A stretch of DNA of 64,000 nucleotides from Candidatus Latescibacterota bacterium (GTDB taxonomy: Bacteria; Latescibacterota; UBA2968; GCA-2709665). A program made the position numbers and the translations under genes. Where the stretch lies: positions 3,168,001-3,232,000 of the forward strand of contig OZ241917.1 of assembly GCA_965203805.1 (NCBI GenBank), in the 5' to 3' direction. Positions within the stretch are counted from its first letter, which is position 1. Each line of letters opens with the position of its first letter. The notes under the pieces were generated by a model. That model was not told the origin of the DNA, made no database searches, and saw only the letters and a list, made by a program, of their open reading frames with translations. Below, piece after piece: positions 20,527-30,418 of this stretch.

Positions 20527-21213
20527 TCAGGATTTGTCGGATTCTGATTGTGTTGGCTCCCCCGGATCCTGCGGCGCTGACCGGCGCTTCTTCCTTCGCC
20601 ACAGCCAATACCCGATCCCGCCCGCCGCCATCAGCACGAGAATCACACGGTTATAAGCCCGGAGCACGTCGACCACGAGCCCCCAGTTTTCGCCCACCTT
20701 CAGTCCGAAATACACCAGCAGGCTGTTCCAGAGCAGTGTGCTGAGTACAACGTATACGGACATTCGAACCGGGTGTATCCGGCTGATGCCGGCGACGATT
20801 CCGACAAATGCCCGTACGGTGGGCAAAAACCGGTTGAAGATCACAATCCGATCGCCGTACCGCGAAAATCCCGCCTCCACCCGGCCCAGGTTCTTTTCCG
20901 TGAGAATCCGGGACTTGAAGCCCAGAAAAAACGCGCGCCCCTTCCAGTACGCCACCGCGTAAACCAGCAGACACCCCAACGTGCTGCCCAACCACATCGC
21001 CAGATAAGCCGGCACCAGCCGTACAATGCCCATACCGGCCAGATACGCGCCGAATACGATCAGGGTATCTCCGGGAATCGGCGGTATCAGATTCTCCAGG
21101 AAAGCGCCGAGGAACAAGATGAAACAGATCAATTCCGGGGACTGATCGTTCAGGTACGCCAGAAACTGTTCCCATGCCTGCGAAAGGAAAGCAAGATCGA
21201 ACGAAAAATCCAA
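20527..21213 (-). CDS. DedA family membrane protein
   Basis: ENLIPPIPGD, F.RYG...NRFLPTVR. Confidence 0.9.
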   Translation of the reverse strand: MDFSFDLAFLSQAWEQFLAYLNDQSPELICFILFLGAFLENLIPPIPGDTLIVFGAYLAGMGIVRLVPAYLAMWLGSTLGCLLVYAVAYWKGRAFFLGFKSRILTEKNLGRVEAGFSRYGDRIVIFNRFLPTVRAFVGIVAGISRIHPVRMSVYVVLSTLLWNSLLVYFGLKVGENWGLVVDVLRAYNRVILVLMAAGGIGYWLWRRKKRRSAPQDPGEPTQSESDKS

Positions 21214-21223
21214 CCGACCCTCC

Positions 21224-22432
21224 TTAACAGCCCGCGGCGCCTTTTCCGTGGTCGACGATCCCGGCCCCAGGCGAGACCAGCGCGACCGCCTGAGCGGCGA
21301 TTCCCTCTTCCGCGCCCGCGAATCCCAGGCCTTCCGTCGTCGTTGCCTTCACCGACACGCGTTCCACCGCGATGCCGAGGGCTCCGGCCATCTTTCCCCG
21401 CATGTCGGAGATGTACGGGGCAAGCTTCGGGCGCTGCGCGATTACGGTAGCATCCACGTTGATAATCTCGGCCCCGGCGTCATTGACCAGGCCCGACACC
21501 CGCTTCAGGAGAACCAGACTCGAAATTCCGGCATACGCGGGGTCCGCGTCGGGGAAGTGACCGCCGATATCGCCCAGACCCATCGCACCGAGAACGGCAT
21601 CCGCAACCGCATGAGAGATCACGTCGGCGTCGGAGTGCCCCTGAAGTCCCCGGTCGAACGGGACCCTCACCCCGCCCAGAATCAACGGCCGGCCGGCCGC
21701 GAGCCGATGGACGTCGTAACCCTGCCCCGCTCGAAGGTTCACGTTTGCGGCACCGGCTCTGGATCTCAGGATCGATTCTGCCATCGCCAGATCCTCCTGC
21801 GCCGTGATTTTCAGATTGTCTTCCCGGCCGGCGACCACGTGTACCGGGGCGTTCAGCCGTTCGACGAGCGAGGTGTCGTCCGTACCCACGTATCCCGACC
21901 GGGCCGCCGCCTCGTGCGCCCGCCGCAATATTGACGCGCGAAACGCCTGGGGCGTCTGGACCCGCCACATCCGCGACCGGTCCAGCGTCTGCAGCACGCG
22001 CCCGTTTTCGATCTCCTTGACCGTATCCGTTACGGGCGCGCCCAGCACCGCCGAGCCCTTCTCCCGCGCAAGATCGATGACCGCGTCGATCTGTTCGGGC
22101 AGAATCAGCGGCCTCGCCCCGTCGTGGACCGCGATGACGCTCGCGTCGACCGGCACCGCACCGAGTCCCTGCGCAACGGAATCCTGGCGCCGGGCCCCGC
22201 CTTTCACGACGGCGGCGACCTTCCGGATGCCCCACCGGCGGACCAGGTCGCGGCATCGGTCCACGCGATCCGACAGCGAGACAAGCACCACGCGGTCGAC
22301 CTGACGCGCGCGTTCGAATGCCGCCAGGGCATGGGCGAGTACCGGACGCCCGGCCAGGCTCAGGAACTGCTTGGGCAGGCCGTCCCCCATCCGGCGGCCG
22401 GAGCCCGCGGCAAGCAGGATTGCATAGACCAT
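21224..22432 (-). CDS. ispDF: Bifunctional IspD/IspF
   Basis: LAAGSGRRM...PKQF, HDGARP, QTPQ; GYDVH, HSDAD, KATTTE. Confidence 0.96.
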   Translation of the reverse strand: MVYAILLAAGSGRRMGDGLPKQFLSLAGRPVLAHALAAFERARQVDRVVLVSLSDRVDRCRDLVRRWGIRKVAAVVKGGARRQDSVAQGLGAVPVDASVIAVHDGARPLILPEQIDAVIDLAREKGSAVLGAPVTDTVKEIENGRVLQTLDRSRMWRVQTPQAFRASILRRAHEAAARSGYVGTDDTSLVERLNAPVHVVAGREDNLKITAQEDLAMAESILRSRAGAANVNLRAGQGYDVHRLAAGRPLILGGVRVPFDRGLQGHSDADVISHAVADAVLGAMGLGDIGGHFPDADPAYAGISSLVLLKRVSGLVNDAGAEIINVDATVIAQRPKLAPYISDMRGKMAGALGIAVERVSVKATTTEGLGFAGAEEGIAAQAVALVSPGAGIVDHGKGAAGC

Positions 22433-22460
22433 AATGACCGACCGATCCCTGGAAGCTGTC

Positions 22461-23498
22461 CTATAGAATCAGCATCGCGTCGCCGTAGCTGTAGAACCTG
22501 TACCGCTTTCGCACCGCCTCTTCGTACGCCTGCAATATGAATGCCCGTTCCGCAAATGCGGAAACAAGCATGAGCAGGGTCGAACGGGGCAGATGAAAAT
22601 TGGTGACCAGCGCATCAACGAGCTTGAACCGGTACGGAGGATGGACAAATAACCGGGTCCAGCCGGACCCGGGATTCAGCGTCCAGCGATCCCGGGTTCG
22701 CAACGCCGACCCCTCGAGCGCGCGTACGGTCGTCGTACCCACCGCCACAACGCGCCCTCCACTCCCCCGGCACGCATTCACCTTCGCCGCGGTTTCCGGG
22801 CCGACCTCAAAGTACTCCGCATCCATTTCGTGGCGCCGGGGATCCTGCACTTCCACGGGTTTGAACGTACCGGGCCCCACGTGAAGCAGCAGGGGGACAA
22901 TTTCGACACCGGACGAACGGATCCGGTCCAGGAGGTCGGTCGTAAAGTGCAGTCCCGCGGTGGGCGCCGCCACGGCTCCGGGGGTTCGCGCGTACACCGA
23001 CTGATATCGTTCCCGGTCCGTCGGGTCCGCTTCCCTTCTGATATACGGCGGCAGCGGGATGCGCCCCTGGCTCTCGAGAACCCTTTCCAGCGTTGCAGCG
23101 CCCTTGAACCGGACCATTCGTCGGCCGGAGGGCAGAACCTCCGTCACTTCCGCAACAAGGTCCGCGTCCTGAAAGGCCACTTTCGCCCCCGCCCGAAGAC
23201 GACGGCCCGGACGCGCGAGAACTTCCCAGCAATCTCCGTTGCGGCGAACCAGCAAGAGCTCCACGGCCCCGCCGGAGCCGGGACGGTACCCGTTGAGGCG
23301 CGCTGGAAAAACGCGCGTTTCGTTGACGACCAGACAGTCTCCCGGACGCAGAAAGTCCGGAAATGACCTGAACACCGCATGGTCAATCCGCCCGGCTCTC
23401 CGATCCAGCACCATCAGACGGGCGCCGTCCCGCTCCGAGGCCGGGAACTGGGCGATCAGTTCCTCCGGCAGCTCGTAATCGTATTCGGCGAGATTCAT
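22461..23498 (-). CDS. queA: SAM:tRNA ribosyltransferase-isomerase
   Basis: YELPEELIAQ, PLPPYI, AAPTAGLHF, HVGPGTF, TNFHLPRST, YSYGDAM. Confidence 0.96.
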   Translation of the reverse strand: MNLAEYDYELPEELIAQFPASERDGARLMVLDRRAGRIDHAVFRSFPDFLRPGDCLVVNETRVFPARLNGYRPGSGGAVELLLVRRNGDCWEVLARPGRRLRAGAKVAFQDADLVAEVTEVLPSGRRMVRFKGAATLERVLESQGRIPLPPYIRREADPTDRERYQSVYARTPGAVAAPTAGLHFTTDLLDRIRSSGVEIVPLLLHVGPGTFKPVEVQDPRRHEMDAEYFEVGPETAAKVNACRGSGGRVVAVGTTTVRALEGSALRTRDRWTLNPGSGWTRLFVHPPYRFKLVDALVTNFHLPRSTLLMLVSAFAERAFILQAYEEAVRKRYRFYSYGDAMLIL

Positions 23499-23512
23499 GC
23501 AACCCGATTGGA

Positions 23513-23737
23513 TTAACGCCGGGAAATGAGGTTCAGGACCACGGTCAGGACGATGCTGACCGCAATACACGTCACGATCGGGAAATAGAGGCTGAATCCC
23601 TCCCGGCGAACGACGATATCTCCCGGAAGCCGCCAGGGAAAGGAGATCCTGTTCCCGATCCACAACAGGAAGCCGACCGCAAACACCAGAATCCCCAGAA
23701 TCATCAGGACCCTGCCAAAGCCGGTAAACTCGCTCAT
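23513..23737 (-). CDS. DUF2905-type small membrane protein
   Basis: RLPGDI...FPIVTCI motif; a usual queA neighbour. Confidence 0.85.
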   Translation of the reverse strand: MSEFTGFGRVLMILGILVFAVGFLLWIGNRISFPWRLPGDIVVRREGFSLYFPIVTCIAVSIVLTVVLNLISRR

Positions 23738-23791
23738 GACGACGACCCCTCAGAGAAGCCAGAACTTAAGGAATTCTCTACCCGGCGTCAA

Positions 23792-23946
23792 CAGTCCGTT
23801 GAAAAAGTCGCTCTGCAGGCGAGGCATTGTGGCCGAAGACAAGGCGCGCGACCGACGCAAAAAAAGCAAAAACGTGAAACACGCCGCACCGCAGCGGTGG
23901 GCCGTTTCACGTCTGGCGTTCGGCTTGCGGCGATTTTCACGGCGTG
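23792..23946. mobile_element. Degenerate MITE-like element (IS1182-like ends)
   Basis: Imperfect terminal inverted repeats cagtccgttgaaaaagtcgc ... gcgattttcacggcgtg; internal aaggcgcgcg motif resembles family B. Confidence 0.35.
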
Positions 23947-24971
23947 AAGACGACCTTCAACGCCTCCATATTCTCCGCCGCAGCGAATCCCTGTTCCCAT
24001 TCCGAAAGCGGCAGCCGATGCGTAATGATGGGATCCACGTCGATCTTTCCGTCGGCAATCATCCAGATGGTCTTGTCCCAGCTTGCATATTCAGTCGACA
24101 TGTTGAAATAGAGCGTGACGACCTTGGTCATTGCCGCGTCCCAGTCCAGTTGCACGGGCCGCTTGCCGGTAAGGCCGATTGCGCATATCCGGCCCCACTT
24201 GCACACGAGATCGACGGCCTGGGCGATGGCAGGCGGCGCGCCCGAGCACTCGATGACCAGATCGGCGCCTTTTCCATCGGTCAATGCCATGCAGCGCTCC
24301 ACCGGATCCTCCTCCGCGAAATTCACCACGTGGTCGACGCCCAGCCTGCGCGCCGTGGCCAGGCGCAATTCCTCGTCCGCCGGCGCGCCCACCATCATCA
24401 CCTCCCTGGCGCCGGCCACCCGGGCGACCTGCGCGGCCAGCAGTCCGATCGGGCCAGGACCCAGTACCACCACGAAATCGCCCACCTCAATCGCCTGCCG
24501 ATCGATGATATCCGTGACCGTATTGGCCGCCGGTTCAACCAGCGCCCCCTGCTCGAAACTCATGTGATCCGGTATGCGATGCAGCAGGTTCGTGGGATAT
24601 TTCATATATTTCGTGAAAGCGCCGTCTATCCCCCACCCGGGAGACCTTTTCGCCAGGCAGTTCTGGATATGCCCTTTTCGACAAAGGAAACACTTGCCGC
24701 AGTGCAGCGTATGCGGTTCGCCAACCACACGGTCTCCCGCTCTCCAATCCGTTACGGCCCGTCCGACTTCGACGATTTCACCCGAAAACTCATGACCCAG
24801 GACAACCGGCGGCCAATAAGGAAACGTGTCGTGTTTCACGTGCACGTCCGTGCCGCAGATACCCGCCGCCCGGATTTCGATCAGGACCTCCTCGTCCGTA
24901 ATCTCGGGCTCCGGCACGTCGCGCAATTCCAGAAACCCGACGCCTCGTTCGGTCTTGACAACCGCATCCAT
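23937..24971 (-). CDS. Zinc-dependent MDR dehydrogenase (sorbitol/threonine DH-like)
   Basis: GICGTD, GHEFSG, CGKCFLC...C, GPGPIG. Confidence 0.92.
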   Translation of the reverse strand: MDAVVKTERGVGFLELRDVPEPEITDEEVLIEIRAAGICGTDVHVKHDTFPYWPPVVLGHEFSGEIVEVGRAVTDWRAGDRVVGEPHTLHCGKCFLCRKGHIQNCLAKRSPGWGIDGAFTKYMKYPTNLLHRIPDHMSFEQGALVEPAANTVTDIIDRQAIEVGDFVVVLGPGPIGLLAAQVARVAGAREVMMVGAPADEELRLATARRLGVDHVVNFAEEDPVERCMALTDGKGADLVIECSGAPPAIAQAVDLVCKWGRICAIGLTGKRPVQLDWDAAMTKVVTLYFNMSTEYASWDKTIWMIADGKIDVDPIITHRLPLSEWEQGFAAAENMEALKVVFTP

Positions 24972-24989
24972 AATCCGCTCCTATCTTAA

Positions 24990-25018
24990 CCTTGATTCGT
25001 CATTTTTCGGGGACGGGA
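24990..25018. repeat. Left end of MITE family A
   Basis: TTAA|ccttgattcgtcatttttcgg, matching 53164 and 4996; no matching right end found. Confidence 0.55.
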
Positions 25019-25086
25019 AGTTTTCACCTGAACCCTTCACGCCGCAAAATCCCGCGAAAGGCACCCGTCCGAGACACGAATTCCCC

Positions 25087-25115
25087 TTGAATTTCGGGGG
25101 TCGATACTGTATAAT
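25087..25115 (+). promoter_or_regulatory. Sigma70 promoter directed toward dinG
   Basis: TTGAAT-17 bp-TATAAT. Confidence 0.6.
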
Positions 25116-25126
25116 CCACAATCGAA

Positions 25127-25318
25127 TCAGCCGCAATCCAGACAACGAACCTCGTCAAAAATCCGATCCTGCTCATCCGGTTCGTCGATTGAAAAATTCA
25201 CGAGGCACCTTACGGCCTTGGAAGCGTCTTCCAGACGGTATCGGGCGGCGACCTCTTCCAAAAACGCCATCTGGTGAGTTTCCAGCTGGATTTCGAAGGT
25301 CTGTTTTTCCTTGAACAC
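25127..25318 (-). CDS. Small hypothetical protein (possible ribbon-helix-helix fold, C-terminal CxxC)
   Basis: GGAGG RBS and GTG start; FEIQLE...SKAVRCLVNF...RCLDCG. Confidence 0.65.
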   Translation of the reverse strand: MFKEKQTFEIQLETHQMAFLEEVAARYRLEDASKAVRCLVNFSIDEPDEQDRIFDEVRCLDCG

Positions 25319-25513
25319 GCCAGGGCCTCCATGCGAATTCGGATTCCACCGTGTGAACTCAATATTTCCACGTATTCGACGGTCCATGATAGGATTTCCA
25401 CAGCGCATTGTCAATGGAGATTCAACTTCCGGCACCCTCTTTTTCCGGAACAGCCGGTACCCTGCGCGACGTATCGAAATCGAAACGTCCGCTGATCGCC
25501 GGCTCCCGAATTC

Positions 25514-28372
25514 ATGTCCATACTCGAATCTTTCATCGCCGTTGACCTCGAAACCACCGGGCTCGAACCACCCGCCGCCGAAATCCTGGAAATCGGCGCG
25601 GTGCGTGTGGATAACGGTCAGATCGTCGATCGTTTCCAGACGTATGTCAAACCCGTGGGCGCCATCCCGGAAGAAACGACGCGGCTCACCGGGATCACGG
25701 CAGCCACGGTCCGGGATGCGCAGCGAATCGACACCGGTATCGAGGAATTCCGGAGTTTCGCCGCCGAACGGCCCCTCATTGCCCACCACGGTCGCTTTGA
25801 GTCCCGGTTTCTAAACGCCTTGAACCGTTTCCCCGACGAGGTTTCGGTACACAGCGTGCGCGAACTCGCCCGCGCCGCGGCGCCCACCCTCCGCGACCAC
25901 CGCGTTGAGACCCTCGCCGGAACCTTCTCCGTTCAATGCGACACGCCCTATAAGGCGCTTTCCGACGCGGAAACCCTGGCGGGGATTTATCTCAATCTGA
26001 TTGAACTGCTCCGGTCCGTTTCTCTGGAACTCAAGCAACAGATGCTTCGATTGGTGCAGGGCACGCAGTCGGACCTGCTTCCCATCCTGGTCGAGTTGGC
26101 CGGCGAAGGCGTGAGGAAAGAATTCCTTGCTCCCAAGCCGGGCGGAGGGCTGCCGGACGCCCCGTTGTTCAACGCAGGCGGGGAGACGCCCAGGATCCAA
26201 AGCGAGCCGTCCGACCGTCCGCTTGACGTCAAGGCAGTCTGCGAGATGCTCGAACCCGGCGGTTGCTTCGAGGAGGAGGTCGCCGGGTACGAATACCGTC
26301 CCGAACAGGTCGAAATGGCACAGGCCGTAACCGAAGCCATCAACAACGGACGCCACCTGGCCGTGGAAGCCGGCACGGGCGTGGGCAAGTCGATCGCCTA
26401 CCTCGCGCCGGCCATTCTGTATGCAATGAAGAACAGCGTAAGATTCATCGTGTCGACCAACACCAAGAACCTCCAGGAGCAGCTTTTCTATAAGGACCTG
26501 CCCGAACTGGCGGCGATTCTGGACGTGCCCTTCCGCTACGCCCTGCTCAAGGGTCGCAACAACTATATCTGCCTGAACAGGTGGGCGTCCGTTCTGGACA
26601 ATCCGGACGCCAGCCTCACGCCGAACGAACGCATCGGCGCGCTGCCGCTGGTGCTCTGGGCGGAGACCACCAAGACAGGGGACGTCACCGAGAATACGGG
26701 TTTCAACCCGCAGCGGCTTGCAAGCCTGTGGACGAAAATCTGCTCCGACTCGGGCTTCTGCCGAAGCCAGCGTTGCCGCAACAACGGCCGGTGTTTTGCC
26801 AACAACATCCGCAGGACCTCCGCAAAAGCGCATCTGGTGGTGATCAACCATTCATTGCTCTTCTCCGATCTGGTCACCGAAAACGCCATCCTCGGCGAGT
26901 ACTCCCACCTTGTCCTGGATGAAGCCCACAACCTGGAGAAGGTCGCCGCGCACTATCTGGGAACGGAGCTGAGCGTATGGCGGGTGAAGAACCTTACCGA
27001 TCAGCTGTGCGGACCGGGTTCGTCGGATGCAGGGACTCTGCCCGCCCTGAAACACTGGATCGCCGCCGCGGATCCGGAACCTGCAACGGCGAAAGCCTTT
27101 GACGCCGGCATCAAATCCGCGACGACTTCGGTTCAGGAACTCTGGCTGAGGGCGCGGACCTTTTTTGAAGACCTTACCCAACACCTTCTGAAACAGGCCG
27201 GCGCGCCCGGAAGCGCCCACAGGGAAAAGATCCGATATCGACCGGGGGAGTCCACCTTCGAGGCCGCGGCCGAATCGCTGAACCCGTTTGCGCTCGCTCT
27301 GGGTGAGTTGTGCAGCCGCCTCAAGGACCTTTCGGACTGGCTTCGAGACCTGCCCGGGCACACCTTTATCAATCAGGACGAGATCAATCACGAACTGGAA
27401 GGGTGCATCGAGACCGCCCGGACCATTCTGGACGATCTGAACGACCTCATTGCGGCAAACGACGAGAACGCCGTCTACTGGCTGGAATTGCCTGGGAAGG
27501 AAAGGAGCGCCGACACCCGCCTCTTTTCCGCTCCTCTGGATGTTTCGGAGATGTTGAACGGCGGGCTGTACGACGGCAAATCAACGATCGTATTTACGTC
27601 CGCCACGCTGGGAATACGCGGCAAACTCACCTATTTCCTCCGGCGCATGGGCCTCGAAACCATGCCCGAGACCCGCCTCCGGACCCTCTGTCTGGGCTCC
27701 CCGTTCGACTACGGGAGACAGGCTCTGGTGTGCACCCCGCGCTTTATGCCCTCGCCCAAATCCGCCGATTATCAGCAGGCGGTGGACACGCTGCTGCACG
27801 AGCTTATGCTCAGGACGAAACGGGGCACGCTGGCCCTCTTCACCTCGTACAGGATGTTGAACCGCACCTACGATACCATTAAGCCCGACCTGCACACCAA
27901 CGGCGTACTCGTGCTGGGACAGGGTATTGACGGATCCCGCACGAATATCACCGATCGGTTCAAACTCGAAAAAACCGCCATGCTGCTGGGTACCGACAGT
28001 TTCTGGGAAGGTATCGACGTACCCGGCAACGCGCTTCAGGTCCTGGGCATTGTACGTCTGCCGTTCGCCGTGCCGTCCGAACCTCTTGTTGCCGCCCATA
28101 TCGAGGAAATTGAAAAGCAGGGCAAGAATGCGTTCCTGAATTACTCCGTACCCGAAGCCATCCTGAAATTCCGGCAGGGTTTCGGTCGACTCATCCGCAA
28201 CAGGACCGACCGGGGCGCGGTCGTCGTGCTGGACAGCCGGGTACTCAGCACCCGATACGGCCGGGCGTTTCTGGAAGCCCTTCCCGTGGGGCATCGCACT
28301 TTCAACACCAGGGAAGAAATGATCGGCGCCATCGCCGCCTGGTTTGACGAACCAAACGGAACAAACCATTGA
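25514..28372 (+). CDS. dinG: DnaQ-exonuclease-DinG helicase fusion
   Basis: DLETTG exonuclease motif; EAGTGVGKS, KGRNNYIC, Cys cluster, DEAH, FTSATL, FWEGIDVPG, QGFGRLIR. Confidence 0.92.
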   Translation: MSILESFIAVDLETTGLEPPAAEILEIGAVRVDNGQIVDRFQTYVKPVGAIPEETTRLTGITAATVRDAQRIDTGIEEFRSFAAERPLIAHHGRFESRFLNALNRFPDEVSVHSVRELARAAAPTLRDHRVETLAGTFSVQCDTPYKALSDAETLAGIYLNLIELLRSVSLELKQQMLRLVQGTQSDLLPILVELAGEGVRKEFLAPKPGGGLPDAPLFNAGGETPRIQSEPSDRPLDVKAVCEMLEPGGCFEEEVAGYEYRPEQVEMAQAVTEAINNGRHLAVEAGTGVGKSIAYLAPAILYAMKNSVRFIVSTNTKNLQEQLFYKDLPELAAILDVPFRYALLKGRNNYICLNRWASVLDNPDASLTPNERIGALPLVLWAETTKTGDVTENTGFNPQRLASLWTKICSDSGFCRSQRCRNNGRCFANNIRRTSAKAHLVVINHSLLFSDLVTENAILGEYSHLVLDEAHNLEKVAAHYLGTELSVWRVKNLTDQLCGPGSSDAGTLPALKHWIAAADPEPATAKAFDAGIKSATTSVQELWLRARTFFEDLTQHLLKQAGAPGSAHREKIRYRPGESTFEAAAESLNPFALALGELCSRLKDLSDWLRDLPGHTFINQDEINHELEGCIETARTILDDLNDLIAANDENAVYWLELPGKERSADTRLFSAPLDVSEMLNGGLYDGKSTIVFTSATLGIRGKLTYFLRRMGLETMPETRLRTLCLGSPFDYGRQALVCTPRFMPSPKSADYQQAVDTLLHELMLRTKRGTLALFTSYRMLNRTYDTIKPDLHTNGVLVLGQGIDGSRTNITDRFKLEKTAMLLGTDSFWEGIDVPGNALQVLGIVRLPFAVPSEPLVAAHIEEIEKQGKNAFLNYSVPEAILKFRQGFGRLIRNRTDRGAVVVLDSRVLSTRYGRAFLEALPVGHRTFNTREEMIGAIAAWFDEPNGTNH

Positions 28373-29841
28373 ATCCACAGGGCGTGACATCCATCAAGGA
28401 GCCCCTGGCGAAGCTGCTCGCCCAGGTGCCGCAGATAAACCACCCGCTGATCGGCCATGCGTATCACCTGGCAAACGCAAGCCACGAAGGACAGCACCGC
28501 GACGAGGGGCAACCGTTTATCACGCATCCCATCGCCGTGGCGCTCATCCTGGCATCCGAACTCGGCTTCGCCAGAGACACGGAAATGATCTCCGCCGCCC
28601 TGCTCCACGACGCCGCGGAAGACTCCGTGCTCACCCCGGACGAGGACATCCTGCCCACGTTCGGCGCGCGGGTCACCGAACTGGTAAAGGGCGTAACCAA
28701 AGTTGACGAACCCGGCACTCGCAGCCGGTCCGCGCGCCGTTCCGCCACGCTCCAGCGCCTCTTCACCGCGGCGCACCGGGATTCGCGAGTACTTATCCTG
28801 AAACTCGCCGACCGTGTACACAACATGCGCAGCATCACGGGTATCAAGGACACCAAACGACAACATCGAATCGCGCAGGAAACCATCGACGTCTACGCGC
28901 CGCTTTCCCGTCTGCTGGGCATGGACCGTATACGCAGGGAACTGGAAGACCGCAGCTTCGGCTGCCTGCACCCCAGGGTCTTCGACCAGCTTGTCCGTCT
29001 CACGCAAGGGGGTCCGCCGCAATCCTATCTCGACTTTCAGACCGAGATGCGCGATATTATCACGGACAACGGCATCCGCACCCGCATCCGCCTGCAAATG
29101 AAGAGTCTGAGGAGCATCTACGGCAAGGCCATCGGCGCCCGGTCCGGGGAGTCGCCGCTTCCGGCAGACAACGTCCACGACCGGTACACCGTCATTGCGA
29201 TCACGTCCAGTCGTTACACCTGCTACAGAACGCTCGGAATCATCCATCACAGGTTCAACCCGCTGATGGACGGGATCAAGGACTTTATCGCCCTGCCAAA
29301 ACGGAACGGTTACCAGGCGCTGCAGACAACCGTCTTCCACAAGGGGCAACGCTTTGAAGTCGCGATCCAGACCCCTTCCATGTACAGAATGGGAGAGCTG
29401 GGCGTCGCGACTCTGCGCGGCGGGGAACTCCAGGAAGAGCGGCGGACCCGGTGGCTTCAGGAACTGGCCGAGTGGCACGAACACGGCGGTTCCGGCGTTC
29501 ATTTCCTGGACGAAGTCAAACGCATGCTCTTTGTCCACGAAATGGCCGTTTTCACGCCCAACGGCGATCCGATTATTCTGCCGGAGGGCGCAACCCTGGC
29601 TGATTTTGCTTTTGCCGTCCATACGGACCTGGGTCTCCACTGCATCGGCGGGCGCGTCAACGGCAAACCGGCATCGCGCTTTTCGGTTCTGAACTGGGGC
29701 GATACCATTGAAATAGATACCACGCCCCACCAGCAACTGAAACGCAGCTGGCTGCGATACGTAAAGACCTACCGCGCACGCCGCCTGATCCGCCGTTACA
29801 TCGCCCGGGCGGAGTCATCCGGCGAACAGATTATCGAGTAG
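28369..29841 (+). CDS. RelA/SpoT homologue (HD + degenerate synthetase + TGS)
   Basis: HPIAVA, LLHDAAED, KLADRVHN; KDFIALPKRNGYQ; TGS VFTPNG..LPEGAT..DFAFAVHT. Confidence 0.88.
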   Translation: MNPQGVTSIKEPLAKLLAQVPQINHPLIGHAYHLANASHEGQHRDEGQPFITHPIAVALILASELGFARDTEMISAALLHDAAEDSVLTPDEDILPTFGARVTELVKGVTKVDEPGTRSRSARRSATLQRLFTAAHRDSRVLILKLADRVHNMRSITGIKDTKRQHRIAQETIDVYAPLSRLLGMDRIRRELEDRSFGCLHPRVFDQLVRLTQGGPPQSYLDFQTEMRDIITDNGIRTRIRLQMKSLRSIYGKAIGARSGESPLPADNVHDRYTVIAITSSRYTCYRTLGIIHHRFNPLMDGIKDFIALPKRNGYQALQTTVFHKGQRFEVAIQTPSMYRMGELGVATLRGGELQEERRTRWLQELAEWHEHGGSGVHFLDEVKRMLFVHEMAVFTPNGDPIILPEGATLADFAFAVHTDLGLHCIGGRVNGKPASRFSVLNWGDTIEIDTTPHQQLKRSWLRYVKTYRARRLIRRYIARAESSGEQIIE

Positions 29842-29941
29842 CCGGGAATCCGCTTCCGAACGAATGATACGCCGTCCGGCTCGCCGATTTCGTTCGAGCG
29901 TCCTTCTTTGATGTTGATCTGAATGCCCCGGGAGTCATGCC

Positions 29942-30283
29942 TTGATTTTCCGCCTCTTCCTCGTCGCGGCGCTGGTGGCCCTCACCGCCTGCGGCCGCGA
30001 CGCCGAACGCCTGCGGACTGAGATCGCCGGGCAGGAAAAGAAAATCGTCGAGGCAAGGACCGTTTTTCAACTCGAACAAAAGCGCATGGGCGAGTTACGG
30101 GACAGCCTCGAAATCAACATCCGGCGGAATGTCGAACTGAAGTTGGACTCGACCACCGCCGCGTCGATCGAAAAGGAACGCCTGGAACTCCAGGGGACGA
30201 TCGTCGAAGCGGCGAAACGCAACCTGCACAGCCAGCAGGAATTCCTGGCCCTCCTGAAAAAACGTCTCCAGGACCACAGATAA
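29942..30283 (+). CDS. Hypothetical coiled-coil lipoprotein
   Basis: Lipobox LTA-C followed by a charged helical region. Confidence 0.7.
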   Translation: MIFRLFLVAALVALTACGRDAERLRTEIAGQEKKIVEARTVFQLEQKRMGELRDSLEINIRRNVELKLDSTTAASIEKERLELQGTIVEAAKRNLHSQQEFLALLKKRLQDHR

Positions 30284-30418
30284 TCCCGTCGTCGCGCGCG
30301 ACGGTCGTTCCATAGCACCGGGGATCTCGTCGCGTACGCCGCAACGGCGCAATCTGTTTTTGCGAAGCCGCCGTCCTTCACTCCACGGTGCTGAATCGAC
30401 CTGCGTTCGAGGTTCAAT

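Noticed and set aside
25105-25124. LexA SOS box upstream of dinG (tactgtataatccacaat)
   Set aside because: Spacing and right half do not fit CTGT-N8-ACAG, and the LexA motif of this lineage is unknown
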